DNA of 64,000 bases. Origin: an uncultured Erysipelothrix sp. (GTDB taxonomy: Bacteria > Bacillota_I > Bacilli_A > Erysipelotrichales > Erysipelotrichaceae). Shown piece after piece: positions 10,167 to 19,164 of the stretch. Where the stretch lies: the NCBI GenBank assembly GCA_947631935.1, contig CANRNG010000001.1, forward strand, positions 5,935 through 69,934. The letters are read 5' to 3'. The notes beneath the pieces were generated by a model. The model was not told the DNA's origin, searched no databases, and worked only from the letters and a program-made list of their open reading frames with translations. Both the position numbers and the translations under genes were made by a program. Position 1 is the first letter of the stretch; every line of letters starts with the position of its first letter.

Positions 10167-11931
10167 AGTTGTCTTGTTTTTCTAAAACACGATTGACTTT
10201 ATTTTCAATTTCATCTAAGGCCAATTCCACAAAGGCATGCATGGATACAATATGTTGTGATTGTTCACCATAACGTCTGAGGTTTACAGTTTTGTTTTCT
10301 ACTTCTTTATCACCCAGGATCAATTGTAGTGGAATTTTTCCTTTTTGAGCTTCACGTAAACGATAACCCAGTTTTTCATTTCGATCGTCAATTTCACTGC
10401 GAATACCATGTTTATCAAGAAGGTCTTTGACTTCTTTGGCATATTCAGTATGATAAAGCGCGTTGACTGGAATAATTTGAACTTGAAGGGGCGCCAACCA
10501 AAGTGGGAATGCACCCGCAAAGTGCTCAATTAAAATTCCAATAAAGCGTTCGACTGAACCAAAGATTACGCGGTGTAAAAGGACGGGTTGTACTTTTGAA
10601 CCTGTGTCATCAATAAATGAAAGGTCAAAGCGTTCTGGTAAATTCATATCCAATTGGACAGTACCACATTGCCATGTACGATTGAGCGAATCCCTAACAA
10701 TAAAGTCCAATTTTGGACCATAGAATGCGCCATCCCCTTCATTAATTTTATAAGACTTTCCTGCTTTTTCACAAGCGTTTTTAAGGGCTTGTTCAGATTC
10801 ATCCCAAACAGAAATATCACCAATGTAGTTTTCTTCAGGTCTTGTGGAGAGTTCAATATCATACTCTAAACCAAAGACATGATACACTTCATCTAGAAAA
10901 TCAATGATTTCAAGAACTTCAGCTTCAATTTGTGAATGACTCACAAAGATATGCGCATCATCCTGTGTAAAAGCACGGACTCTAAATAAACCATTCAATG
11001 CACCACTGGCTTCATGTCTATGAACATGACCCAACTCTGCTAAACGAAGTGGTAAATCTCGATAGGAATACAAACCGTTTTTATAAATCAGAATGCTTCC
11101 AGGACAATTCATGGGTTTAACCGCAAATTTTCTTTCATCAATTTCTGAGATATACATATTGGATTGGTAATTATCCCAATGGCCCGATGTTTCCCAAAGC
11201 TCACGACTCAACAAGGCAGGTGTTTCTATAAATTCATAACCACGTTCAATATGAACCTTTCTCCAATAATCAAGGAGTAAGTTTTTTAAGATCACACCAT
11301 TGGGCAACCAAAATGGAAATCCTGGACCATATTCACTGAACATAAATAAACCCAGCTCTTTACCCAATTTTTTATGATCGCGTTGCTTGGCAGCTTCAAG
11401 CCATGCCAAATAAGCATCCAAGTCTTCTTTTTGGTCAAAACTAATACCATAGATTCTTTGGAGCATTTTATTGTTGGAGTCAGCCTTCCAATAAGCGCCT
11501 GAAACCTTAAGCAATTTAAAATATTTGACTTCTTTTGTTGAAGCAACATGTGGACCACGGCATAAGTCCACAAACTCACCTTGACGATAAGCTGTAATCA
11601 TAACATCATCATCTGATAAGTTATTTTCAATCAAATCAATTTTATAAGGATCGTCTTTGAACATCTCTAAAGCTTCTGCACGTGTTAATTCTTCACGTGT
11701 TATGTATTTCGCTTCTTTGGATATTTTTTTCATTTCTTTTTCAATTTTTTCAAAATCTGCTTCTGATAAAACTGTATCGCCCAAATCAACATCATAGTAA
11801 AAACCATCTTCAATGACAGGTCCTACCCAAAATTTGGCTTGAGGATAAATCCGTTTGATGGCTTGTGCCATCACGTGTGCACTGGAGTGATTTAATACAC
11901 TTAAGCGTGCATCTTCCTTAATATTTAACAT
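10165..11931 (-). CDS. thrS: Threonine--tRNA ligase (no N-terminal TGS domain)
   Basis: NHSSAHVMA, DLCRGPHV, KPMNCP, RVRAFTQDDAHIF, GAFYGPKLD. Start set at MLNIKE. Confidence 0.96.
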   Translation of the reverse strand: MLNIKEDARLSVLNHSSAHVMAQAIKRIYPQAKFWVGPVIEDGFYYDVDLGDTVLSEADFEKIEKEMKKISKEAKYITREELTRAEALEMFKDDPYKIDLIENNLSDDDVMITAYRQGEFVDLCRGPHVASTKEVKYFKLLKVSGAYWKADSNNKMLQRIYGISFDQKEDLDAYLAWLEAAKQRDHKKLGKELGLFMFSEYGPGFPFWLPNGVILKNLLLDYWRKVHIERGYEFIETPALLSRELWETSGHWDNYQSNMYISEIDERKFAVKPMNCPGSILIYKNGLYSYRDLPLRLAELGHVHRHEASGALNGLFRVRAFTQDDAHIFVSHSQIEAEVLEIIDFLDEVYHVFGLEYDIELSTRPEENYIGDISVWDESEQALKNACEKAGKSYKINEGDGAFYGPKLDFIVRDSLNRTWQCGTVQLDMNLPERFDLSFIDDTGSKVQPVLLHRVIFGSVERFIGILIEHFAGAFPLWLAPLQVQIIPVNALYHTEYAKEVKDLLDKHGIRSEIDDRNEKLGYRLREAQKGKIPLQLILGDKEVENKTVNLRRYGEQSQHIVSMHAFVELALDEIENKVNRVLEKQDN

Positions 11932-11954
11932 ACTATCATTTCCCTTCAAAAAAT

Positions 11955-12165
11955 AAAAAAATACCACGAAACTTAAGGACGAAAGATCGCGGTACCACCT
12001 TAATTCACAAGTCTATCTTGTGCGCTCTAATCCATAACGCGGAATAAACGGAAACTTTTCTAAGTTTCAACTCCAAGGTGGTAATCTATGACTGCATCCG
12101 AAGTTTTCACCAACCACTTCTTCTCTAAATTAGCACATCACAAATCATGTCCTTTTCTTCGTTTG
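11955..12165 (-). ncRNA. Threonine T-box riboswitch (thrS leader)
   Basis: Minus strand shows AGAGA and GGTGAA stem I motifs, specifier ACC (Thr) at 12080-12082, TTCCGTT, and T-box AAGGTGGTACCGCG (11988-12001) with antiterminator AAGG/CCTT and GCG/CGT, then a U tract. Confidence 0.92.
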
Positions 12166-12172
12166 TAAGTTA

Positions 12173-12201
12173 ATTATAATACGATGCGTCTGCAAATGCA
12201 A
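12173..12201 (-). promoter_or_regulatory. SigA-type promoter of the thrS leader
   Basis: TTGCAT-17 bp-TATAAT on the minus strand, just upstream of the T-box. Confidence 0.7.
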
Positions 12202-12230
12202 GCAAGTTAAAAAAGTAGATTTTAATTGCT

Positions 12231-13073
12231 TTATTTGCGATTTATTTTGCTCGTAAAATAAGATAATGCAAGAAATAATAACGCTGTAAAAACTAAATAC
12301 AGGATGGAATGAAGATGTGTCAGAGTGATATCGCCCACCTCATAGACAATCCCCAATTGTAGTTCAATCGGTTTTACGATTTCAATTGGAACACTGGACA
12401 ATACTTCACCCATCATCACTTGTTTGAATAGTAAAGCACTGTGAGAGGGTGGAAAGAGTTTGATTACCATTTGAACTGCCGATGGTAAACTACCAATCGG
12501 AACATAGATTCCAGTTAAAAACCCGGAAATGGTTCCTACAATAATACTCAGTGTGGTAAATGCATTGTTGGATTGTATGAAAGCAACAACAAAGAAAACC
12601 ATGGACGCACTGGATATAGTTGATAATACTAAAATACCCAGCATTTGAAACAGTTGCATGCCAGTTAATATATCCTTACCGTTAATGAGTAAATACCCTT
12701 CTGCCAATATCAAGGTCATCAAACTCATAAGCAATGAAACAAAGATTGCACTGAATAGATGCGATAAAATACGTTTCATATTAATTAAAGGAGAAATGAG
12801 AAAGTCTTTTTCGACCCCTGAAGTTTTATCCTCAACCATGATTCCCAAACCACCCAAGGCACTGGTCATCCCTGTAACAGCTAAGATTCCAGAAATCATC
12901 CATAAATCCGTGAAATACCGTCCATCTTCTAATCCCAGATTTTGGCCTTGTACATCCCCTAAAAATAAAATATAGAGGCCTAAAATAATAACTGCTGAAA
13001 GAAATGAAAAAAATACGGAAGTTTTATCTCTAAAAAAGAGTTTTAAATTGCGTTGGGTCAATGCGATCATCAT
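12231..13073 (-). CDS. ABC-2 type permease (drug/peptide efflux-like)
   Basis: About 6 TM segments, RNLKLFFRDK N-terminus, coupled to the upstream ATPase. Confidence 0.8.
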   Translation of the reverse strand: MMIALTQRNLKLFFRDKTSVFFSFLSAVIILGLYILFLGDVQGQNLGLEDGRYFTDLWMISGILAVTGMTSALGGLGIMVEDKTSGVEKDFLISPLINMKRILSHLFSAIFVSLLMSLMTLILAEGYLLINGKDILTGMQLFQMLGILVLSTISSASMVFFVVAFIQSNNAFTTLSIIVGTISGFLTGIYVPIGSLPSAVQMVIKLFPPSHSALLFKQVMMGEVLSSVPIEIVKPIELQLGIVYEVGDITLTHLHSILYLVFTALLFLALSYFTSKINRK

Positions 13074-13957
13074 CGAATCTCCTTTCCTGTAATCTCAATA
13101 AAAGCGTCATCTAAGGTTCCCTGAACTACTTCAAATCCTGAAATATAAGGTTTAACGGACTCAATAATGGCCAAAGCCTCCATTGTATGGTTCAACTTTA
13201 CATGAATCGATTTATCACTGTTAAGTTTGGAATCGTGTTTAAGATGTTGCATAATTTTTTCTGTATCGGTTGGATAGAGTTTTAACGTATCGAAGCTGTA
13301 TTGCGTTTTTAACGCATGTGCAGTCCCTTGCGCAACCAAATTTCCTTCATCAATCACAATAACGTAGTCCGCTTTGGCTGCTTCTTCCATATAATGTGTT
13401 GTAAGAAAAACGGTCATTCCTTTTTCTTTTCGGAGTGTTTCAATCACTTCCCATACTTTTTGTCGGGTTTGTGGGTCCAATCCAGTGGTGGGCTCATCCA
13501 ATACCAATAGTTTGGGATTATGAAGTAAGGCTCTGGCGATATCGACTCTTCGTCTTTGACCCCCTGAGAGTTGTTCATAATATCTATCAAGAAAGTCATG
13601 AAGATCGACCTGTTCGCTGACACGCATAATGGCTTCTTGAATATCGAGTTTATAAAAAGAGGCACGCACGGCCAAATTTTCTCTAACTGTGAGCTTTCCA
13701 TCCAAAACTGAGTTTTGAAAGACAACGCCCAAGGTATTTTTTATCTTGTCATCATCTTTACCCAGCTCGTAGCCATCGATTAAAACAGTCCCCTCGTCTT
13801 TTTTGAGTAAAGTTGTGATCATGTTAATGGTGGTTGACTTCCCAGCACCATTGGGTCCTAAGAAGGCAAATAAAGATCCTTTATCAACATTAAATGTGAT
13901 CCCCTTGACGGCATCCACATTTCCATAAGATTTTTTTAAGTTTTTGATTTGAATCAT
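13070..13957 (-). CDS. ABC ATPase (DrrA/CcmA-like efflux)
   Basis: GPNGAGKST, LSGGQRRRV, DEPTTGLD, TTHYMEEA. Confidence 0.9.
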   Translation of the reverse strand: MIQIKNLKKSYGNVDAVKGITFNVDKGSLFAFLGPNGAGKSTTINMITTLLKKDEGTVLIDGYELGKDDDKIKNTLGVVFQNSVLDGKLTVRENLAVRASFYKLDIQEAIMRVSEQVDLHDFLDRYYEQLSGGQRRRVDIARALLHNPKLLVLDEPTTGLDPQTRQKVWEVIETLRKEKGMTVFLTTHYMEEAAKADYVIVIDEGNLVAQGTAHALKTQYSFDTLKLYPTDTEKIMQHLKHDSKLNSDKSIHVKLNHTMEALAIIESVKPYISGFEVVQGTLDDAFIEITGKEIR

Positions 13958-14014
13958 AATAAAAGTCTCCCTATTTTGATATATTATACCACTATAAAGG
14001 GAGACTTGAATATT

Positions 14015-14758
14015 TTATTCGTTAATGTTTGTTAATGATTGTTTATGAATCAAAGTATCAAGAATTTCAGATTCTTCTTTTGTGAGCACACGCTTTTCAA
14101 GTAGATCCGGTCTATTCTTCAGTGTTTTCTTAATTGAAGATATGAGGCGGAACTTGCGGATATTTTCATGATGTCCGCTGAGTAAAACTTCAGGCACCTC
14201 TTTACCATCATATTCTCTGGGTCTTGTATAATGTGCATACTCAATTAAACCATCTGAAAATGAATCATCTTCATGAGATTCTTGGGTAATCACACCTTCC
14301 ACTAAGCGAATCACTGCATCAGAAATAACCATCGAAGCCAATTCTCCGCCCGTTAATACGTAGTCACCAATTGAGATTTCACCATCCACATAATCGCGGA
14401 TGCGTTCATCAAATCCTTCATAGTGTCCGCATACCAGCACAAGATGGTCTATATCTTCTGAGAATCTTTGGGCCATTTTTTGCGAGAAGGTTTGCCCTTG
14501 AGGACTCATCAGAAATACTTTCGACTTTTCAGTGCGAACATGCTTAATGGCATCTACAACTGGCTGACACATCAAAACCAAGCCAGCCCCACCCCCAAAA
14601 GGATAGTCATCAACACGATTGTGTTTGTCCTTTGTAAAAGCACGCATATCAATCACTTCTACTTTAACAATATTTTGTAGAATTGCCTTTTTGACAATAG
14701 ATGTATTGATGAAACCATCAAACATTTCTGGAAAAAGTGTGATAATAGATATTTTCAA
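14015..14758 (-). CDS. trmD: tRNA (guanine37-N1)-methyltransferase
   Basis: VDDYPFGGGAG, CGHYEGFDER, SIGDYVLTGGE. Confidence 0.97.
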   Translation of the reverse strand: MKISIITLFPEMFDGFINTSIVKKAILQNIVKVEVIDMRAFTKDKHNRVDDYPFGGGAGLVLMCQPVVDAIKHVRTEKSKVFLMSPQGQTFSQKMAQRFSEDIDHLVLVCGHYEGFDERIRDYVDGEISIGDYVLTGGELASMVISDAVIRLVEGVITQESHEDDSFSDGLIEYAHYTRPREYDGKEVPEVLLSGHHENIRKFRLISSIKKTLKNRPDLLEKRVLTKEESEILDTLIHKQSLTNINE

Positions 14759-15252
14759 AGCAAGCCCTCCATATGAATGACATCAATTCTCTTTGAATCT
14801 AAATCGACTTCTTCAACAAATGTCTCCACGAAAGGAATGAGTTTATCGTCCTCATCTGTTTTAACACGCAAAACAGGATGAGCAGGTAAATCCATAACCT
14901 CACTCACAACGCCAAGAAATTCACCATCTACGTAAACATTTAGGTCGATAAGATCTGTAAAGTAGAATTCATCGGATTCCAATTCATGTTGCGCTTCTTT
15001 TTCAATCTGTACCAAAGCACGATGATAAAATTCAACATCATTTAAAGAATCTAGGCCCTCTAATTTTAAAAGCACTGAACCCTTATGCATACGGGCATGT
15101 TCAATTTTGTGTTGTGTAATTTTTTGATTTAAATTAATGTAGATCACATTTCCTACATTAAAACGATCACTGACAAAGTCAGTTTCGGGTTTTACTTTTA
15201 GCTCACCTTTTATGCCAAAGGGCTTTTGTACAACACCAATTGTAATTTTCAT
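14755..15252 (-). CDS. rimM: Ribosome maturation factor RimM
   Basis: KPFGIKGE, EFYFTDLI, LIPFV; located between khpA and trmD. Confidence 0.95.
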   Translation of the reverse strand: MKITIGVVQKPFGIKGELKVKPETDFVSDRFNVGNVIYINLNQKITQHKIEHARMHKGSVLLKLEGLDSLNDVEFYHRALVQIEKEAQHELESDEFYFTDLIDLNVYVDGEFLGVVSEVMDLPAHPVLRVKTDEDDKLIPFVETFVEEVDLDSKRIDVIHMEGLL

Positions 15253-15291
15253 AAGAGACCTCCAAGTTAAAAAAAGGATGTAAGGTACATC

Positions 15292-15540
15292 CTAGTAAGA
15301 TTCAAAGTTAATTGAAATTTTCTTATCCAATACACGTGAACCAATGGTCATAGTTTGACGAATGGCTTGCGCCATCACGCCTTGACGCCCAATTAAACGT
15401 GCAATATCTGCATTGTCGGCATACACATTTAAAATGATTTCATTTTCATCAAGACTCTCCAAACGTTGAACGTTCAAATCATCTTTGTTTTCTACCATTG
15501 GATAGACTAAATCATAAAGAACTTTTTCAATATCTTTCAT
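15292..15540 (-). CDS. khpA: KH-domain RNA-binding protein KhpA (YlqC)
   Basis: DIARLIGRQG KH motif; sits in the rpsP operon. Confidence 0.85.
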   Translation of the reverse strand: MKDIEKVLYDLVYPMVENKDDLNVQRLESLDENEIILNVYADNADIARLIGRQGVMAQAIRQTMTIGSRVLDKKISINFESY

Positions 15541-15546
15541 CGTCTA

Positions 15547-15816
15547 TTACTTCAACTTTTCTTCGTGGAATTTTTTCATTAAGCCTTTGTCACTTAATAG
15601 ACCACGTACTGTATCAGATGGTTGTGCACCGACTCTTAACCATTTTAATGCAAGTTCTTCATCAATTGAAATTTCAACTGGTGTACTTAGCGGGTTATAG
15701 TGTCCAACAATTTCAATAAAGCGACCATCTCTAGGTGCGCGTGAATCTGCCGCAACAATACGGTAAAATGGACGTTTTTTGCTACCCATTCTTCTTAATC
15801 GTAATTTTACTGCCAT
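15547..15816 (-). CDS. rpsP: 30S ribosomal protein S16
   Basis: [35 protein letters not shown]. Confidence 0.98.
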   Translation of the reverse strand: MAVKLRLRRMGSKKRPFYRIVAADSRAPRDGRFIEIVGHYNPLSTPVEISIDEELALKWLRVGAQPSDTVRGLLSDKGLMKKFHEEKLK

Positions 15817-15849
15817 TTAGGGTTCCTCCTTTAACTAATTTCCTTTAAA

Positions 15850-15877
15850 ATTATAGCACAAATAAAAAAGGTGTCAA
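15850..15877 (-). promoter_or_regulatory. SigA promoter of the rpsP operon
   Basis: TTGACA-16 bp-TATAAT with TG extension on the minus strand. Confidence 0.8.
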
Positions 15878-15904
15878 GTATTTTTACTTAACACCCTTTT
15901 AAAA

Positions 15905-17421
15905 TGTGGTTCAAAAGTGATAATGTCCTAGTATATCAAAAGGGATTATGTCCCAATGGTCTATAATGGTCCTAACAAGGAGGATCATTTATGAGAAAGG
16001 TCGCATTAAATATGAAAGAAGAATTTCAATACAAAATCATTAAAAAATTAGTTGAATCAAATGGCAATAAACAACGGGCTGCCATTAAACTTAATTGTAC
16101 GGTAAGGCACATAAACCGATTAATAAAGAAATTTAAAGAAGGAGGCAAAGAGTCTTTCGTTCATGGTAATAAAAACAAAGAACCGGTCAACAAAATTTCC
16201 CAGGAAGACAAGGTAAAGATATTAGATATTTATTGCACGAAACTTCATGATGCCAACCTACGTCATGCCACAGAGCTACTACAAGAAAATTTTGATATAT
16301 CCATCAGTGATACTACACTCAACTCAATTCTTAAAAGTCATTTTATTTTATCCCCTAAAGCGCAACGTAACACAAAGCGAAGGATGAAGAAAGAATTGAA
16401 GGCTCTACAGGAACAAGCATATTCAGTGAGTGAGTTTCGTAAGATTGAAGACAAGATCGAAAGCCTTGATTACTACGAAGCCCATCCTAGACGCCCACGT
16501 TGTGCCTACTTTGGAGAACTGATCCAAATGGATGCATCCATGCATCAGTGGTTTGGAGATATTAAGACGCACCTACACCTTGCGATTGATGATGCGACCG
16601 GAATGATTGTGGGAGGTTTCTTCGCTGAACAAGAGACTCTAGCGGGCTATTATCAAGTGTTAGGACAAATATTGACGACTTATGGAATACCCGTGAGATT
16701 CTTAACAGACAGAAGAACTGTATTTGAATATAAATTAAAAAACGCACCCTCCGACGAAGAAGATACGTTTACTCAATTCTCATATGCCTGCCACCAGTTA
16801 GGCATTGAGATTGATACAACTAGTATACCTCAAGCTAAAGGGCGCATCGAACGCCTCAACGGAAGCCTACAATCACGTATACCCGTTGAACTTAGACTTA
16901 AAGGAGTCCAGTCGATAGAACAAGCCAACCGCCAACTGCCCCTATTAATAAAGGCGTATAATGATCGATTCGCTCTACCTATACATCATAGTAAAACAGT
17001 CTTTGAAAAACAACCCACTAAGCATGAAATTAATATGACCCTAGCCGTATTATCCAATAGAGTAGTAGACTTTGGCCACTGTATCAAATTCCATGGGAAA
17101 CATTATATTCCCACAACCAGTAATGGACTCAAAGTATTTTATCCTGGTAAGACACCAACACTCGTCATACAATCTCTTGATGGACAACTGTTCGTTAATA
17201 TTAACGAAACGATTTACAGCCTAGAAGAAATTCCTCGACGACACGAACTTTCAAAAGAGTTTGATGATGTCCCAAAGGAAAATCTCAAGAAAAGATATAT
17301 TCCTTCGATGCATCATCCTTGGAGAATTGGAACATTCGCTGCTTACATACATGAACAAAAGCACCGCCAAAACGGTGCAAATGTTTAAGTATTTTTAGGA
17401 CATAGTCGCTTTCCCTTTACA
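15905..17421 (+). mobile_element. IS1202-like (ISNCY) insertion sequence, copy 1, 1517 bp
   Basis: TGT...ACA ends with imperfect IRs: left TGTGGTTCAAAAGTGATAATGTCCTA, right (reverse complement) TGTAAAGGGAAAGCGACTATGTCCTA. Contains a DDE transposase. Confidence 0.88.
15991..17388 (+). CDS. ISNCY/IS1202-family DDE transposase
   Basis: N-terminal HTH (NGNKQRAAIKLNCTVRHINRL), QMDAS, LAIDDATG, TDRR, AKGRIER; SD AAGGAGG. Confidence 0.9.
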   Translation: MRKVALNMKEEFQYKIIKKLVESNGNKQRAAIKLNCTVRHINRLIKKFKEGGKESFVHGNKNKEPVNKISQEDKVKILDIYCTKLHDANLRHATELLQENFDISISDTTLNSILKSHFILSPKAQRNTKRRMKKELKALQEQAYSVSEFRKIEDKIESLDYYEAHPRRPRCAYFGELIQMDASMHQWFGDIKTHLHLAIDDATGMIVGGFFAEQETLAGYYQVLGQILTTYGIPVRFLTDRRTVFEYKLKNAPSDEEDTFTQFSYACHQLGIEIDTTSIPQAKGRIERLNGSLQSRIPVELRLKGVQSIEQANRQLPLLIKAYNDRFALPIHHSKTVFEKQPTKHEINMTLAVLSNRVVDFGHCIKFHGKHYIPTTSNGLKVFYPGKTPTLVIQSLDGQLFVNINETIYSLEEIPRRHELSKEFDDVPKENLKKRYIPSMHHPWRIGTFAAYIHEQKHRQNGANV

Positions 17422-17448
17422 CGCAAACATAAAAAAAGAAGCGGCGAC
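17422..17448. repeat. 27-bp direct repeat, copy between the two IS
   Basis: CGCAAACATAAAAAAAGAAGCGGCGAC, identical to 18966-18992. Confidence 0.9.
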
Positions 17449-18965
17449 TGTGGTTCAAAAGTGATAATGTCCTAGTATATCAAAAGGGATTATGTCCCAA
17501 TGGTCTATAATGGTCCTAACAAGGAGGATCATTTATGAGAAAGGTCGCATTAAATATGAAAGAAGAATTTCAATACAAAATCATTAAAAAATTAGTTGAA
17601 TCAAATGGCAATAAACAACGGGCTGCCATTAAACTTAATTGTACGGTAAGGCACATAAACCGATTAATAAAGAAATTTAAAGAAGGAGGCAAAGAGTCTT
17701 TCGTTCATGGTAATAAAAACAAAGAACCGGTCAACAAAATTTCCCAGGAAGACAAGGTAAAGATATTAGATATTTATTGCACGAAACTTCATGATGCCAA
17801 CCTACGTCATGCCACAGAGCTACTACAAGAAAATTTTGATATATCCATCAGTGATACTACACTCAACTCAATTCTTAAAAGTCATTTTATTTTATCCCCT
17901 AAAGCGCAACGTAACACAAAGCGAAGGATGAAGAAAGAATTGAAGGCTCTACAGGAACAAGCATATTCAGTGAGTGAGTTTCGTAAGATTGAAGACAAGA
18001 TCGAAAGCCTTGATTACTACGAAGCCCATCCTAGACGCCCACGTTGTGCCTACTTTGGAGAACTGATCCAAATGGATGCATCCATGCATCAGTGGTTTGG
18101 AGATATTAAGACGCACCTACACCTTGCGATTGATGATGCGACCGGAATGATTGTGGGAGGTTTCTTCGCTGAACAAGAGACTCTAGCGGGCTATTATCAA
18201 GTGTTAGGACAAATATTGACGACTTATGGAATACCCGTGAGATTCTTAACAGACAGAAGAACTGTATTTGAATATAAATTAAAAAACGCACCCTCCGACG
18301 AAGAAGATACGTTTACTCAATTCTCATATGCCTGCCACCAGTTAGGCATTGAGATTGATACAACTAGTATACCTCAAGCTAAAGGGCGCATCGAACGCCT
18401 CAACGGAAGCCTACAATCACGTATACCCGTTGAACTTAGACTTAAAGGAGTCCAGTCGATAGAACAAGCCAACCGCCAACTGCCCCTATTAATAAAGGCG
18501 TATAATGATCGATTCGCTCTACCTATACATCATAGTAAAACAGTCTTTGAAAAACAACCCACTAAGCATGAAATTAATATGACCCTAGCCGTATTATCCA
18601 ATAGAGTAGTAGACTTTGGCCACTGTATCAAATTCCATGGGAAACATTATATTCCCACAACCAGTAATGGACTCAAAGTATTTTATCCTGGTAAGACACC
18701 AACACTCGTCATACAATCTCTTGATGGACAACTGTTCGTTAATATTAACGAAACGATTTACAGCCTAGAAGAAATTCCTCGACGACACGAACTTTCAAAA
18801 GAGTTTGATGATGTCCCAAAGGAAAATCTCAAGAAAAGATATATTCCTTCGATGCATCATCCTTGGAGAATTGGAACATTCGCTGCTTACATACATGAAC
18901 AAAAGCACCGCCAAAACGGTGCAAATGTTTAAGTATTTTTAGGACATAGTCGCTTTCCCTTTACA
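17449..18965 (+). mobile_element. IS1202-like insertion sequence, copy 2
   Basis: Offset 1544 bp from copy 1, same ends, identical translated transposase. Confidence 0.88.
17535..18932 (+). CDS. ISNCY/IS1202-family DDE transposase (second copy)
   Basis: Protein identical to 15991-17388 in the ORF track. Confidence 0.9.
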   Translation: MRKVALNMKEEFQYKIIKKLVESNGNKQRAAIKLNCTVRHINRLIKKFKEGGKESFVHGNKNKEPVNKISQEDKVKILDIYCTKLHDANLRHATELLQENFDISISDTTLNSILKSHFILSPKAQRNTKRRMKKELKALQEQAYSVSEFRKIEDKIESLDYYEAHPRRPRCAYFGELIQMDASMHQWFGDIKTHLHLAIDDATGMIVGGFFAEQETLAGYYQVLGQILTTYGIPVRFLTDRRTVFEYKLKNAPSDEEDTFTQFSYACHQLGIEIDTTSIPQAKGRIERLNGSLQSRIPVELRLKGVQSIEQANRQLPLLIKAYNDRFALPIHHSKTVFEKQPTKHEINMTLAVLSNRVVDFGHCIKFHGKHYIPTTSNGLKVFYPGKTPTLVIQSLDGQLFVNINETIYSLEEIPRRHELSKEFDDVPKENLKKRYIPSMHHPWRIGTFAAYIHEQKHRQNGANV

Positions 18966-18992
18966 CGCAAACATAAAAAAAGAAGCGGCGAC
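18966..18992. repeat. 27-bp direct repeat, right copy (target-site duplication)
   Basis: Identical to 17422-17448; identity with copy 1 stops at 18992. Confidence 0.9.
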
Positions 18993-19164
18993 AGCTCCTT
19001 TTTCTACGTATGTTATATTTGGAAGACATACTCTATGACTAAAATTATAATAACATAAATAACTTTATAAAACAACGATAGAATGAAAGCGATATCATAC
19101 CTTATTATTTTCTTTATAAAAATAATACAAAATGTTTGGTATAATAATTAAAAGAGGAACCGCC

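Noticed and set aside
17410-17470. Hybrid promoter at the IRR-27 bp-IRL junction
   Set aside because: TTTACA and GATAAT are present but not at 16-18 bp spacing.
15905-18992. Possible CRISPR or retro-element explanation for the long repeat
   Set aside because: It is a two-copy IS duplication; no repeat-spacer array, cas gene or RT motif was seen anywhere in the window.
15905-18992. dif/xrs targeting as in some IS1202-family members
   Set aside because: No XerC/D-like site in either flank, and the 27-bp duplication fits the long-duplication subgroup.
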